Positions 45,417 to 55,347 of a stretch of DNA of 64,000 nt are shown piece after piece. Numbering within the stretch: the first letter of the stretch is position 1; every line of letters begins with the position of its first letter. A model generated the notes under the pieces. That model was not told the DNA's origin, did not search any database, and saw nothing but the letters and a program-made list of their open reading frames with translations. Position numbers and translations under genes: made by a program. The stretch is from NCBI GenBank assembly GCA_002897695.1, contig BDTG01000041.1:20101-84100 (forward strand), given 5' to 3'. This stretch comes from a bacterium BMS3Abin14. Lineage in GTDB: Bacteria > BMS3Abin14.

Positions 45417-46305
45417 TCTTCACCTCCTCCTTCAGGCCAACCTCAAACTTCTCCAGGACAGCGGCCTTCACCATCCCGGCAAGCGCCTCAAAATCACCCG
45501 CCGTAGCACCGCCAATGTTGACGAGGAAGTTGGCGTGGACATCCGAGACCTGTGCGCCCCCGACTGTCAGGCCTTTCAGGCCTGCCGCCTCTATGAGCCT
45601 TCCCGCGTTGTCTCCCTCAGGGTTCACGAACCAGCAGCCTGCGCTTGGAAGCCCCAGCGGTTGGCCGGCCTTTTTCCGTGCCAGCATCTCCCCGATTCTT
45701 CTGTCCACAGCCTCGGGGCTGTCCAGGGAAAACCCGATCCTTACCCTGGTTATGACGGCGTCTGCAGGGAGCGCCAACCGCCGGTACCTGAAGTCCAGGT
45801 CCTTTCTCTCAATCCAGGAGGTTATGCCCTCGGCCACGACCTGGATCGCCATTACAGGTCCCGCCATTTCCCCGCCGCCTGCCCCGGCGTTCATCCTCAC
45901 CGCCCCCCCGATGGTTCCCGGGATTCCGGCTGCGAATTCAAACCCCGTCAGCCCCATTCGGGCGGTTTTCGCTACTATCCCGGCTGTCCCGGCGGCTGCG
46001 CCGGCCTCCATGGTCGTTTCGTTAATTTCCTCCACATCGGCAAATCCTCTGCCCAATCGGATCACGCATCCACCAAAGCCCGACTCCGGAAAAAAAACGT
46101 TGGTGCCGCTGCCCAGTATCATCCAGCTGATGTCCCTCCCCTCGAAAGCATCAAACAGGGTCCGGAGATCCTGAAGGGTCTCAGGTATGGCCACAAGATC
46201 GGCCTTTCCACCTACTTTCAGGGAACAGTAGCGAGACATTGGTTCTTCGCTGTGGACGGGCCCGGAAAAACCCTCCGCCCGCAATAGTTCCGCCAGGTTT
46301 TTCAC
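45406..46305 (-). CDS. murB: UDP-N-acetylmuramate dehydrogenase
   Basis: GSGTNV, IPGTIGGAVRMNAGA, HANFLVN. Confidence 0.93.
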   Translation of the reverse strand: MKNLAELLRAEGFSGPVHSEEPMSRYCSLKVGGKADLVAIPETLQDLRTLFDAFEGRDISWMILGSGTNVFFPESGFGGCVIRLGRGFADVEEINETTMEAGAAAGTAGIVAKTARMGLTGFEFAAGIPGTIGGAVRMNAGAGGGEMAGPVMAIQVVAEGITSWIERKDLDFRYRRLALPADAVITRVRIGFSLDSPEAVDRRIGEMLARKKAGQPLGLPSAGCWFVNPEGDNAGRLIEAAGLKGLTVGGAQVSDVHANFLVNIGGATAGDFEALAGMVKAAVLEKFEVGLKEEVKIVY

Positions 46306-47684
46306 TCCTGGTCCTCCAGCCTGCTGAGCACCTCTTCCCCGGCCCGCCAGACATCACCGGCGCCCAGGGTAAGGAGAAGCTCCCCTTTCCGGATCTCCTC
46401 GAGAACGCGGTCAACGGCCTCCGCCCTGGTTCCGACATATTTAACGTAGCGGTGACCATGCCCGACCATCATTGCTGCTACTTTTTCACCGGTAAGCCCC
46501 TCTATGACGGTCTCCCCGGCGGCATAAATGTCGCAAACCAGAACCCTGTCGGCGTTATGAAACGCCGTCCCGAAATCCCCCAGAAGATCCTGCGTCCTGG
46601 AATACCTGTGCGGCTGGAAGAGAACCACGATGGGGCCCTCCCATCCCTCGCGAGCCGCCTTCAATGTGGCCTTGATCTCGGTGGGATGGTGGCCGTAATC
46701 GTCGTAGACGGCGATGCCGGCTGCCATCCCCTTGAACTGGAACCGTCGCTGAACACCCGTAAAGGAGCCCAGCGCCCGGGAAATCGTATGGAAAGGAATA
46801 TCCAGCTCAAGCCCCACCGCGATTGCCGCCAGGGAGTTGTAGACATTGTGCGCTCCCGGCACACGGAGGGTAACGGCGCCAAGGGGCGCCCCATCCAGTT
46901 CGGCGGAAAATGATGATTCGAAACCCGAATGGACCACGTCCCTGGCCATCACGTTCGCCTGGGTGGTCAGACCGTACGTCAGATACGGCCTGTCTATCCC
47001 CAGAAGGAGGCCGGCCACTTCAGGATCGTCCAGGCACAGGATTGCCCTGCCGTAAAAGGGAACCTTGAGCAGGAATTGCCGGAAAGCATCCCTCAGATCA
47101 TCCATGGTCCCATAGTGATCCATGTGCTCCCTGTCGATATTGGTCACAACCGCGATAGTCGGTGTCAATTGGAGAAAGGAGCCGTCGGACTCGTCAGCCT
47201 CTGCTACGAGATAGTCCCCTGTCCCGAGCAGGGCATTTATCCCGAGACTGTTGAGCTTCCCGCCTATGACAACAGTGGGATCGAGATTCGCTTCCGCCAT
47301 TACCGCAGCCACCATGGATGTTGTTGAAGTCTTCCCGTGAGAGCCGGCTACGGCGATTCCGTATTTCATGCGCATGAGTTCATTCAGCATGGCTGCCCTT
47401 GCCACGACGGGGATGCCTGCCTCCCTGGCAGCTACCACTTCCGGGTTATCCTCGCGTATTGCCGAGGATATGATCACCACGTCAGGGGTCCCGATATTTT
47501 CGGCGCTGTGCCCTTTCAGGACCCTGGCGCCAAGTTCCGTAAGCCTTTCCGTTGTTTCGCCGGCAGCCAGATCTGATCCCGAGACCACGTATCCGAGGTT
47601 AAGCAGCACCTCGGCGATTCCCGACATACCGATACCGCCGATCCCTACGAAGTGAAGATTTCGTGTCTTGCGAAGCTTGACCAA
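46302..47684 (-). CDS. murC: UDP-MurNAc-L-Ala ligase
   Basis: GIGGIGMSG, GSHGKTST, EADESDGSF, DDYGHHPTE. Confidence 0.96.
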   Translation of the reverse strand: MVKLRKTRNLHFVGIGGIGMSGIAEVLLNLGYVVSGSDLAAGETTERLTELGARVLKGHSAENIGTPDVVIISSAIREDNPEVVAAREAGIPVVARAAMLNELMRMKYGIAVAGSHGKTSTTSMVAAVMAEANLDPTVVIGGKLNSLGINALLGTGDYLVAEADESDGSFLQLTPTIAVVTNIDREHMDHYGTMDDLRDAFRQFLLKVPFYGRAILCLDDPEVAGLLLGIDRPYLTYGLTTQANVMARDVVHSGFESSFSAELDGAPLGAVTLRVPGAHNVYNSLAAIAVGLELDIPFHTISRALGSFTGVQRRFQFKGMAAGIAVYDDYGHHPTEIKATLKAAREGWEGPIVVLFQPHRYSRTQDLLGDFGTAFHNADRVLVCDIYAAGETVIEGLTGEKVAAMMVGHGHRYVKYVGTRAEAVDRVLEEIRKGELLLTLGAGDVWRAGEEVLSRLEDQE

Positions 47685-47696
47685 ACCACTGCTCTC

Positions 47697-48812
47697 CTAT
47701 TGTCCTGCTGCTTGATTCCCCTGTCTTAAACCCGCCAAACGGTGCATCTCCTCGCCGGCGATTCTGTGCGCCGCGTCCGATGTGCCCGCCCTTCTGCAGG
47801 CGGCCGCCATCTTTTCAAGGAGAGGCGGCGAATTTAGCAGGTGTTTAATCTCGCCCTGCAGCAAGGCCGGGTTTGCCTCGGCGGCCTCTATGGTTACCGC
47901 TCCTCCGAATTCCTCAAGCCACCTGCTGTTCGCCCGCTGGTGCTGCTCCGCAGCATGAGGATAGGGGATGAGAATTGCCGGAAGTCCGGCGGCGGCAAGT
48001 TCGGACACCGCCATGGCCCCGGCTCGCGACAGGCACAGATCAGCCCTGGCATAGTAATCCCCCATGTCCTGAATGAAGGGAATTACCTCCACCTCGACCC
48101 CTTCCATCTCATAATGGTCCTTCACCCTCTTTCCGTGGATCGTTCCGGTTTGATGTATCACCTCCATGGAGCTGTTGCCCCTCAGCAAGTCCGGAACCGC
48201 TTCCATGGCGAGGTCGTTGAGCTGCGCCGCTCCCTGGCTGCCTCCCAGGATCAGCAGACAGGTTCTCCGTTCTCCGGCAGCAGCTTTGCCGGTTTCACCT
48301 GACACAAGGGCCTGGCGCCGAATGGGGTTGCCCGTGATGACCGTCTTTCCCATGGGAAACAACGGCTTTATCGTCGGAAATCCCAGGTAGATCCTCTGGG
48401 CGAAGCGCGAAAGAAAAAGGTTTGCCCTTCCCGGAATTACGTTCTGCTCCAGGATGCACCTGGGCACTCCCCTGAGTGAAGCGGCGATCACCCCCGGGAC
48501 CGAGGCATATCCTCCCACTCCCACCACGAGGTCGGGGGATAATCGGCCGAGTAACCGGTACGCTTTCAGGACAGCTCTCATCAATCCCACCGACCTTGCA
48601 AATCCTCTCATTGCCCCCATATTCATGATGCCCGCGATGGGAAGCGTTACCAGTTCATATCCCAACCGCGGGATCACCTTCGTCTCCAGCCCCCTGTCGG
48701 CTCCCATAAATACGATTTCCGTCCCGCTCTCAATCTCACGAAAGGCATCCGCGAGGGCTACACCCGGAAAGAGATGTCCGCCCGTCCCGCCACCCGCGAC
48801 AATCACTTTCAT
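47697..48812 (-). CDS. murG: Lipid II GlcNAc transferase
   Basis: GGGTGGH, GGY, EQN, TGNPIR, GGSQGA, HQRAN. Confidence 0.96.
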   Translation of the reverse strand: MKVIVAGGGTGGHLFPGVALADAFREIESGTEIVFMGADRGLETKVIPRLGYELVTLPIAGIMNMGAMRGFARSVGLMRAVLKAYRLLGRLSPDLVVGVGGYASVPGVIAASLRGVPRCILEQNVIPGRANLFLSRFAQRIYLGFPTIKPLFPMGKTVITGNPIRRQALVSGETGKAAAGERRTCLLILGGSQGAAQLNDLAMEAVPDLLRGNSSMEVIHQTGTIHGKRVKDHYEMEGVEVEVIPFIQDMGDYYARADLCLSRAGAMAVSELAAAGLPAILIPYPHAAEQHQRANSRWLEEFGGAVTIEAAEANPALLQGEIKHLLNSPPLLEKMAAACRRAGTSDAAHRIAGEEMHRLAGLRQGNQAAGQ

Positions 48813-49903
48813 GCCGCGCTTTCCGTGGAGGCCACATTGAGCACGACTCCAATGGCAATGGCGGAAGCCAGGAGGGAAGATCCGCCATAGCTCATGAATG
48901 GAAGCGGCAATCCCTTCGTGGGCAGGAGCCCGACCACGACCATGCAGTTGATAAGCGCCTGCAAACCGATCATCAGCGTCATGCCGGCAGCGAGAAGTGA
49001 ACCGAAGTTGTCGGGGGCATTCCGGGCTATCTTCATCCCTCTGGCCACCAGCACCGCGAACAGGGCAAGAACGATAGCCACACCCACGAACCCCAGTTCC
49101 TCTCCCACAACGGCCAGGATAAAATCAGTATGTGATTCCGGCAGGAAAAGGAGTTTGCTTTTTCCACCCCCAAGGCCGGTTCCCAGGACTCCCCCATCCC
49201 CGAAAGCAAGGAAGGACTGGACCAGTTGAAAACCGGAACCTTCATATTCCTTCCATGGGTTGAGAAACGCCTGGATCCTCTGGATTCTGAAACCCTTGTC
49301 CATAACCAGGAAAACGACTACGGGGATAGAGGCACAACCGAGCCCAACAAGTCTTCCAAAGGGGACCCCTCCCACAAAAAGGATGGCGAATCCCAGTATC
49401 CCCAGGAAGATGGCAGTGCCCAGGTCCGGCTCGAGCACAACGAGCCCCAGAATGAGGGCGAGGATGAGGATAGGCTTCATCAGTATTGTCCCATCCCTAC
49501 GCACATCATCCCCGCGTCCCCCAAGATATCTTGCCAGGTAGATGACAACGACCAATTTCGCGAACTCGGCGATCTGAATGGAGAAGGGGCCAAGTTTGAG
49601 CCACCGCGTAGCGTTATTTGCGGTGTGGCCAAGGGGGCTCAGAACCACCCCCAGGAGCCCCACGGTGAGTATAAGGAGAGGAGCAGCGCCCGTGATCCAA
49701 ATCTTATAAGGTATCAACGAGACGATGACCATGGTCAGCAGCGCCATGATGCTGAAGAAAAGCTGCCTCTTGAAGAAAAATGCACTATCCCCCATGTCTC
49801 TGCCCGCCCTGACTGCACTGGCGCTGTACACCATGACCGTACCGAGGATCATCAGGGCAAGGACCGCTATTACGATGACCGGATCAATTCTGAAACTTTT
49901 CAT
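48809..49903 (-). CDS. ftsW: SEDS glycosyltransferase FtsW
   Basis: MVYSAS, RW, EPDLG, LPESHTDFI..GEELG, PFMSYGGSS. Confidence 0.95.
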   Translation of the reverse strand: MKSFRIDPVIVIAVLALMILGTVMVYSASAVRAGRDMGDSAFFFKRQLFFSIMALLTMVIVSLIPYKIWITGAAPLLILTVGLLGVVLSPLGHTANNATRWLKLGPFSIQIAEFAKLVVVIYLARYLGGRGDDVRRDGTILMKPILILALILGLVVLEPDLGTAIFLGILGFAILFVGGVPFGRLVGLGCASIPVVVFLVMDKGFRIQRIQAFLNPWKEYEGSGFQLVQSFLAFGDGGVLGTGLGGGKSKLLFLPESHTDFILAVVGEELGFVGVAIVLALFAVLVARGMKIARNAPDNFGSLLAAGMTLMIGLQALINCMVVVGLLPTKGLPLPFMSYGGSSLLASAIAIGVVLNVASTESAA

Positions 49904-51309
49904 TCTGCTCCACCGATGTACCGCCCAACCAGCTTTTTGAATATCTTGCCGCGCTCTTCAAAACTGTTGAACATATCAAAGCTGGAAGAAGCCGGAGAAA
50001 AAAGGATCTCATTACCGGGCCTGGCCCAGTCAATGGCCTCTTTTACCGCCTCGTTGAGGTTCCCGGCCATGAAAATTGGGGCCGTATCCTCAAGAGCATC
50101 CCTCATCCTTTCACCCGATTCACCGATAAGGATCAATCGGCTGACTTTCCGCGAGATCGGCCCCCTCAGGGGGTCGAAAGAAGTGCCCTTGTCCTTCCCA
50201 CCCATGATCAGAATGACGTCGGAATGCAGCCCTTCCAGAGATCGCATCGTAGCCCCGACATTGGTCCCTTTTGAATCGTTGTAAATGGGGACCCCCCGGA
50301 AAAAGGCAACAGGCTCCATCCTGTGCTCCAGACCGGGGAAAGTTTCCATGGCACGGGCCATGCTGGAAGGCTGAATACCCATTTTCCACCCGGCCGCCAC
50401 CGCCGCAAGGCAGTTCTCCAGATTGTGCTTTCCGACAAGACGAATTTCGCCGGAATGGATGACCCTTATCTCTTTTTCTCCGTCCCGAATGACGATCCAG
50501 CCAGAAGTAAAAACAACACCCTGCTTCAGGTTTTTCTTCCTGCTGAAGGGAAACAGGCGTGGACGAATGTTCTGGGCCATCCGCATGACAGCCGGATCAT
50601 CGGCATTGACCACTGCCCAGTCCTCCTCTTCCATGTTCCTGAAGATGTTGGCCTTGGCCTCAATATAGTCTCCCTCACCGGCGTAGCGATCGAGGTGATC
50701 AGGGGAGATGTTGAGAAGAACACCGACTGCAGGATGGAACCTCTCTACCGTTTCAAGCTGAAAGCTCGAAACCTCCACGATAAACCAGGAGATACCTCCT
50801 TCCCTGAGGATCATCTCCGTAACGGGTGTCCCAAGGTTTCCGCCCACCGCGGAAGGGATCTTTCCAACCCTGGCAAACTCACCGAGGAGGGTGGTTGTCG
50901 TTGATTTGCCGTTGGTACCCGTAATTGCCACCCATGGCGACCTGGACAGCCTGTAGGCCAACTCCATCTCCCCTATTACCGTCGCGCCGCATTTAACGGC
51001 ACGCCGCACAAACTCCGAATCCATCGGTACTCCCGGGCTCAGGACAACAAGCCCGTGCCCTTCCGCAAGATCCAATGGATGTCCTCCCCACCGTATATCT
51101 ATTCCCGGGTGAAGTTTTCCGGGCATGTCGGTAAAATCCTCTCTGTCCATCAATTCGCTGACCACTACCCGGCAGCCCACGTCTGCCAGCAACTCGGCTG
51201 CCGAACGACCGGAACGCCCGAAACCCACCACGAGAACAGGCTTATCCCCCTCAAGGAACTTTCCAATGGGGTCCTCTGGATCCCTTAATTTTGCCCTCGT
51301 TTTTCGCAT
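49900..51309 (-). CDS. murD: UDP-MurNAc-L-Ala-D-Glu ligase
   Basis: SPGVP, TGTNGKSTT, EVSSFQL, DHLDRY, NDSKGTN. Confidence 0.96.
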   Translation of the reverse strand: MRKTRAKLRDPEDPIGKFLEGDKPVLVVGFGRSGRSAAELLADVGCRVVVSELMDREDFTDMPGKLHPGIDIRWGGHPLDLAEGHGLVVLSPGVPMDSEFVRRAVKCGATVIGEMELAYRLSRSPWVAITGTNGKSTTTTLLGEFARVGKIPSAVGGNLGTPVTEMILREGGISWFIVEVSSFQLETVERFHPAVGVLLNISPDHLDRYAGEGDYIEAKANIFRNMEEEDWAVVNADDPAVMRMAQNIRPRLFPFSRKKNLKQGVVFTSGWIVIRDGEKEIRVIHSGEIRLVGKHNLENCLAAVAAGWKMGIQPSSMARAMETFPGLEHRMEPVAFFRGVPIYNDSKGTNVGATMRSLEGLHSDVILIMGGKDKGTSFDPLRGPISRKVSRLILIGESGERMRDALEDTAPIFMAGNLNEAVKEAIDWARPGNEILFSPASSSFDMFNSFEERGKIFKKLVGRYIGGAE

Positions 51310-51314
51310 CCGGC

Positions 51315-52406
51315 CTACCTGATCTTCAGGGTGCTGAGTGCGACCAGCACCAGGATTATTGAAATGATCCAGAACCTGACGATGATCTTTGGCTCAGGCC
51401 AGCCTTTTTTCTCGAAATGGTGATGCAGAGGCGCCATCAGGAATACCCTTTTCCCGAAGAGGCGGAAGGAGACAACCTGGATAATTACGCTCAGGGCCTC
51501 CACGACGAAAAGGCCGCCTGCCAGGATCAGAAGAAGTTCCTGCTTGGAAATTACCGCCAGCAGGCCGAGCGCCCCCCCAAGGGAGAGGGATCCGATATCC
51601 CCCATGAATATCTGTGCCGGATAGGTGTTGAACCACAGGAACCCGAGGCTCGCCCCTACCATGGCGCCACAGAAGATTGTCAGCTCTCCGGCTTCGGGGA
51701 CGAAAACAATCTGAAGGTATTGAGCGAATTTTGAGTGGCCGGAAAGATAGATGAACAGGGCGAAGGCCGCGGAGGCGAAGAGGATCGGTCCGATGGCCAG
51801 GCCGTCAAGGCCATCCGTAAGGTTGACAGCGTTGGAGGAGCCGATTATGACCAGCATGACGAAGGGAATATAGGTCCACGACATGTAGATGAGGGCCTCT
51901 TTAAAGAATGGAACCTGAAGGTACGGGCCCCACTGGCCGGAAGGATACAGGTACAGGTAGACCGCGGCCGACAGGCCGATGATGACCTGCGCTCCGAACT
52001 TCGTCCTGATGGTCAGTCCCTTCCCCCTGACGCCGTATAGTTTCATCATGTCGTCAACCAGGCCAAGAATGCCGAAGCTGGAAAAGATGATCAGCACGAC
52101 CCACACCATCCGATTCCCCAGGTCAGCCCAAAGGAGAGTTGAGATCACGATTGCCAGAAAAATCAGCAACCCTCCCATGGTCGGGACCCCGGCCTTGAGG
52201 AGGTGCCCCTCCGGCAGGTATTCTCTGACGTAGTTGCCGGGCTGTGCCGTTTTTAACCTGCCGATAATCCACGGCCCGAGGATGAAACTGATTATCAGGG
52301 CGGTAAGGATGGCAAGGGCAGTCCGGAAAGTAATGTACCTGAAGACATTAAATCCCGTATGAACGGTCCTCATGGACATGAAAAGTTTGAAGAGCAACTC
52401 AGTCAC
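51315..52406 (-). CDS. mraY: Phospho-MurNAc-pentapeptide transferase
   Basis: PTMGG, NAVNLTDGLDGL, FMGDIGS, MAPLHHHFE. Confidence 0.96.
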   Translation of the reverse strand: MTELLFKLFMSMRTVHTGFNVFRYITFRTALAILTALIISFILGPWIIGRLKTAQPGNYVREYLPEGHLLKAGVPTMGGLLIFLAIVISTLLWADLGNRMVWVVLIIFSSFGILGLVDDMMKLYGVRGKGLTIRTKFGAQVIIGLSAAVYLYLYPSGQWGPYLQVPFFKEALIYMSWTYIPFVMLVIIGSSNAVNLTDGLDGLAIGPILFASAAFALFIYLSGHSKFAQYLQIVFVPEAGELTIFCGAMVGASLGFLWFNTYPAQIFMGDIGSLSLGGALGLLAVISKQELLLILAGGLFVVEALSVIIQVVSFRLFGKRVFLMAPLHHHFEKKGWPEPKIIVRFWIISIILVLVALSTLKIR

Positions 52407-53811
52407 CCCCCTCGGCAGGAACTGGGGCCGGGTTCAGAAATTTTTCCATAACTCTTTCAATCCTGGCGGCCCGGGACGCCTTGAAGAGCACCCACACCCC
52501 CGGCGTCAGGAGCCCGGCAAGCGCATCAACTGCGGCGGCGTCCCCTGAGCATTTAAAGATATTTTTTCTCGGCATCCCCGATTCAGTTGCGCCTTTACAG
52601 ATCAATTCAGCCGCCGGGCCTACCGCCACCAGATAGTCGACTTCAAGCTCTCCCACTCGTCGGCCCACGAGAACGTGCCCCTGTTCGAAGTACTCCCCCA
52701 ATTCCTTCATCTCGCCGAGCACGGCGACGGTGACACCCTCGCTTCTCAATGCCGCGAGATTCTCAAGGGATGTCCCTACGGACAGGGGGTTGGCATTGTA
52801 GGAATCGTCTATGAAGTTGATCCCCGGTCGGGGGTTGAGGATCCCGCCTCTTCCGTTCTGGGGTTGCCAGGAATCAAGACCACTCGTCATGTCTTCGAGG
52901 GATATACCCAGAGGCAGTGTTACGGCGGCGGCGGCCAGGGCATTCTCCACAAAATGCCTGCCGAAGCCCCTGATGTGCACGCGCGCCCTTCCCAGGGGGG
53001 TCTCCATTAAAAAACTGGTCATGATCCCCAATGAGATCTCCGATGCCGTCACCTCGCCGGTATCCAGCCCATAGGTGACGACTCTGCAGTTCGCCCGATC
53101 ACGCAATTCCTCATACCATTGGCTGTCCCCGTTCAGGGCGCACCACCCGCTGGAAGGCAATGCATCGAGAACTGCGGCCTTCTCGCGCACAAGGGACATG
53201 GGATCCCCAAACCCCTCCAGGTGGGCCCAGCCAAGCCTGGTAATGACCGCCGCCTCCGGCTGAAGGATGGACGTCAGCATGGCGATCTCCCCGGGGGCAT
53301 TGGAACCAAGCTCAAGGACCGCACACCGGTGATAATCGGCGAGCCCCAGGAGAGAAAAGGGAAGCCCGATATGGTTATTGAGATTACCTGCATTTTTCAG
53401 ACATGGCCCCATGGTGGAAAGGATGCATGCCGTCATCTCCTTGATAGTTGTCTTTCCGACACTCCCCACAACCGCGAGAGCGGGGATGGGGTGGCGCTCT
53501 CTCCAGAACGAAGCCAGTGACTGCAGCGCCCGGATCGTATTTTTCACAACGATGAGCGGTATGGGTGGTATCTTTGACGCCACCGGTGGGAGATCACCAT
53601 CCACCACTGCGAGCGCTGCACCTGCTTTCCATGCATCCCGAAGGAAATCATGGCCGTCATGAACTTCACCCCTGATCGCTAAAAACACCTGGCCGGAGGT
53701 AACAGTCCGGCTGTCGATGGATATACCCGTAAAAAGCTGATGTCCCGCGGCGCTGGTTATGAGAGTCCCTCCTGTACCGGCCAGAACGTCTTTCAGGCTG
53801 AACCGTATCAC
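52399..53811 (-). CDS. murF: UDP-MurNAc-tripeptide D-Ala-D-Ala ligase
   Basis: DSR, GSVGKTTIKE, NNHIGLP, DDSYNANP, GEMKELG. Confidence 0.94.
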   Translation of the reverse strand: MIRFSLKDVLAGTGGTLITSAAGHQLFTGISIDSRTVTSGQVFLAIRGEVHDGHDFLRDAWKAGAALAVVDGDLPPVASKIPPIPLIVVKNTIRALQSLASFWRERHPIPALAVVGSVGKTTIKEMTACILSTMGPCLKNAGNLNNHIGLPFSLLGLADYHRCAVLELGSNAPGEIAMLTSILQPEAAVITRLGWAHLEGFGDPMSLVREKAAVLDALPSSGWCALNGDSQWYEELRDRANCRVVTYGLDTGEVTASEISLGIMTSFLMETPLGRARVHIRGFGRHFVENALAAAAVTLPLGISLEDMTSGLDSWQPQNGRGGILNPRPGINFIDDSYNANPLSVGTSLENLAALRSEGVTVAVLGEMKELGEYFEQGHVLVGRRVGELEVDYLVAVGPAAELICKGATESGMPRKNIFKCSGDAAAVDALAGLLTPGVWVLFKASRAARIERVMEKFLNPAPVPAEGGD

Positions 53812-55274
53812 CTCGCCGCCTCCATGACAGCGGCGATGGCGGCTGCGACCTCATCCACATCCGAGAACGGCAGGACCTGATCTCCCGTGGTCTGATAATT
53901 TTCATGCCCCTTCCCGGCCACCACCAGGATATCATCCGGCCCGGCCATGCGGGATGCCAGTTTTATTGCCTCGCGGCGATCGGCAACACGGCGGACATTC
54001 GCCCTGCAGTGGGCCATCCCCGCCACAATTTCGTCGATAATGGAGTCCGGGTCTTCACTACGAGGATTATCGGAGGTAACGATAACCTGGTCGGCAAGTT
54101 TCCCGGCGATGCCCCCCATGATGGAGCGTTTGGACCTGTCCCGGTCGCCGCCGCAGCCGAAAACGACAATTGCTTTGCCCCTTGTGATCATTCGGACGTT
54201 TTCAAGGAGATTTTTCAGTGCGTCAGGGGTATGAGCGTAATCCACTATGGCCGCATAGGGCTGTCCTTTGTCGACTCTTTCAAAACGTCCCGGGACCATG
54301 GTGACATCCTGAATACCCTCTGAAATCTTTCCGGCGTCCACACCCAGAAGCCCGCATACAGCCACCGCAACCATGATATTATAGACGTTAAAATGCCCGG
54401 GCAGGGTCGTGTTCACGGGTATCGTGCCCCAGGGGGTTTCCAGGACGAACCGGCTGCCCCAGCTCCATCCGTCAATCTCGCCCCTGATCCGCACATCTCC
54501 GGCTTTCATCCCGACGGTGAGAATCGGGCCATCCGCCTCTCTGTATAACCTGGCCCCATAACCGTCATCGATGTTCACCACGCCGCTGACTGTTGAAGGA
54601 TCTGTAAAGAGGCGTGCTTTCACCTGGAAGTAATCCTCCATGTCGGAATGAAAATCGAGATGGTCCTGCGTCAGGTTGGTGAATGCGGCCACCTCCATGC
54701 GCAATCCATCCACGCGGTGAAGGACCATCGCATGGGAAGATACCTCCAGAATGCATGCCTTGCACCCTGATGAGACCATGCTCGCCAGATATGCATTTAA
54801 ATCAGGGGACTCAGGGGTCGTTCTTGACGCGCTCAACACCTCGCTGCCGATGAGATATTGCACTGTGCCGATAAGGCCCGGCCTGAATGCCGACGAATTC
54901 AGAATTCCGTGAATTATGTAGGCTGTTGTAGTTTTTCCGTTCGTGCCTGTTATTCCCACCAGCTTCAGGGCGGCTGATGGATCGTGATAGATGTTTCTTG
55001 AGGCCAGGGCCATGGCGGCCCGAACATCATCCGCCAGGACGAACGTCGTCCCCTGGACCGGGGATACATGATGGCCGGTTAAAAATACTTCGGCTCCCTT
55101 CTCCATGGCATCCCCGATAAAGGTGGCTCCATCGAATCTTTCCCCGGTAACGGCTGCAAAAAGGTCTCCAGGACGAACACGCCTTGAATCGCAACGGATC
55201 CCCGTCACATCAACCTCCCCCGCGCCAACGATTCTGACCCCGGGCACACCGTCCATGACATCGCGAATTTTCAA
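53808..55274 (-). CDS. murE: UDP-MurNAc-dipeptide meso-DAP ligase
   Basis: TGTNGKTT, DYAHTPD, GCGGDRD, DNPR (DAP specificity), GKGHE. Confidence 0.96.
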   Translation of the reverse strand: MKIRDVMDGVPGVRIVGAGEVDVTGIRCDSRRVRPGDLFAAVTGERFDGATFIGDAMEKGAEVFLTGHHVSPVQGTTFVLADDVRAAMALASRNIYHDPSAALKLVGITGTNGKTTTAYIIHGILNSSAFRPGLIGTVQYLIGSEVLSASRTTPESPDLNAYLASMVSSGCKACILEVSSHAMVLHRVDGLRMEVAAFTNLTQDHLDFHSDMEDYFQVKARLFTDPSTVSGVVNIDDGYGARLYREADGPILTVGMKAGDVRIRGEIDGWSWGSRFVLETPWGTIPVNTTLPGHFNVYNIMVAVAVCGLLGVDAGKISEGIQDVTMVPGRFERVDKGQPYAAIVDYAHTPDALKNLLENVRMITRGKAIVVFGCGGDRDRSKRSIMGGIAGKLADQVIVTSDNPRSEDPDSIIDEIVAGMAHCRANVRRVADRREAIKLASRMAGPDDILVVAGKGHENYQTTGDQVLPFSDVDEVAAAIAAVMEAAR

Positions 55275-55278
55275 TTTC

Positions 55279-55347
55279 CGGCAACCTCGTTAAAAGTCGT
55301 CTCTCGCCGCGCATCTCCTGCGTGGCGGACTTTTTGCACATTCATCA
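55279..55347. repeat. Degenerate MITE-like copy between ftsI and murE
   Basis: ctcgttaaaagtc ... ggactttttgcacattcatca; its end overlaps the ftsI TGA. Confidence 0.55.
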